DNA of 56,046 nucleotides from a virus. Taxonomy: Duplodnaviria; Caudoviricetes. Location: IMG/VR virus record IMGVR_UViG_3300032281_000106, positions 1-56,046 of that record; one strand, 5' to 3'. Of the stretch, positions 55,618-56,046 are shown piece by piece. The stretch's first letter is position 1; the number at the start of each line of letters is the position of its first letter. The notes beneath the pieces are model-generated. The model made no database searches and was not told the origin of the DNA. It saw nothing but the letters and a program-made list of their open reading frames with translations. Made by a program: the position numbers and the translations under genes.

Positions 55618-56003
55618 TCTTTCTCCTTTCTGATGAGGTCCGTAAGCGTTGGAGCCACGAATCCTGCAGGTTTCACTATATCATAGGTAGACCCACGTTT
55701 ACTATCTTCTGTCCTTAAAGCGCGCACTTTTTTCATGTTCGCATCGTGAACCCGCTTAAAGCCTTCGTTAAACGGCAGACCGGCTAAGTAGGCAGCCCCA
55801 AGGGCCACGTACACTAAGTCAATCAGGCCGTCAAAATACTCCTCAAGGTTGCCATTGATTGCTGAGGCCCTGATCTCGTTCAGCTCTTCTTGCAGGTGAA
55901 CGTTCTTGAGTTCCCAGATCTCCCTCACCGGAAAGTCAGGCTGGTTCGTAGGTTCCAGTCCGAACTTCTGATGAAACTCTGCCACCATCTGCGTCAGGTC
56001 CAT
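55614..56003 (-). CDS. MazG-like all-alpha NTP pyrophosphohydrolase
   Basis: V.EFH.KF, LQEELNE, DGLIDLVYV..G, RVH.ANMKK, KP.GF. Confidence 0.85.
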   Translation of the reverse strand: MDLTQMVAEFHQKFGLEPTNQPDFPVREIWELKNVHLQEELNEIRASAINGNLEEYFDGLIDLVYVALGAAYLAGLPFNEGFKRVHDANMKKVRALRTEDSKRGSTYDIVKPAGFVAPTLTDLIRKEKE

Positions 56004-56005
56004 GC

Positions 56006-56046
56006 TTACTCTCCAAGGTAGTCAAATAATGGCTGCCAGGCTTCGC
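56006..56046 (-). CDS. 3' end of the junction-spanning methyltransferase
   Basis: Reads EAWQPLFDYLGE*, in frame with 1-837. Confidence 0.85.
   Translation of the reverse strand, partial: EAWQPLFDYLGE
56024..56046. repeat. Terminal overlap (copy 2)
   Basis: 22/23 identical to 1-23. Confidence 0.9.

Noticed and set aside
1-56046. tRNA, rRNA, integrase, RNA polymerase, alternative genetic code
   Set aside because: No cloverleaf or relevant motifs seen in the few intergenic gaps; genes are intact under the standard code

Overview
The window appears to be a complete, circularly assembled ~56 kb genome of a tailed dsDNA phage, probably podovirus-like and lytic. I see no integrase, RNA polymerase, tRNA or CRISPR array. 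Its ends overlap by 23 nt (one synonymous mismatch), and a SAM-methyltransferase gene missing from the ORF track spans the junction. Nearly all genes are on the minus strand, in three blocks. (i) An early/replication operon crosses the junction: DUF932, methyltransferase, MazG-like NTP-PPase, dNMP kinase fused to a UDG-like domain, a thymidylate-synthase homologue with dCMP-type residues, dCMP deaminase, PolA, nuclease, SSB, primase, UvrD and SNF2. (ii) Small accessory genes lie at 41-44.8 kb. (iii) A 38.7 kb morphogenesis module (terS, terL, portal, GroES, scaffold, capsid, fibres, lysis, adaptor/nozzle, four large ejection/polyvalent proteins) is bracketed by two copies of a ~165 bp inverted-repeat element. 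The best candidates for undescribed biology are three. (1) An acyl carrier protein + beta-ketoacyl synthase + GNAT-like trio is translationally coupled between the tail nozzle and the ejection proteins, suggesting phage-directed lipidation of virion proteins. (2) A cytosine-type base-modification operon carries an extra SAM methyltransferase and a kinase-UDG fusion. (3) A recurrent [YFMK]-A-x-G-G motif (>20 copies in 6 proteins) marks domain boundaries and, at DNA level, flanks an inserted domain. All functional calls come from motif reading, not database searches.
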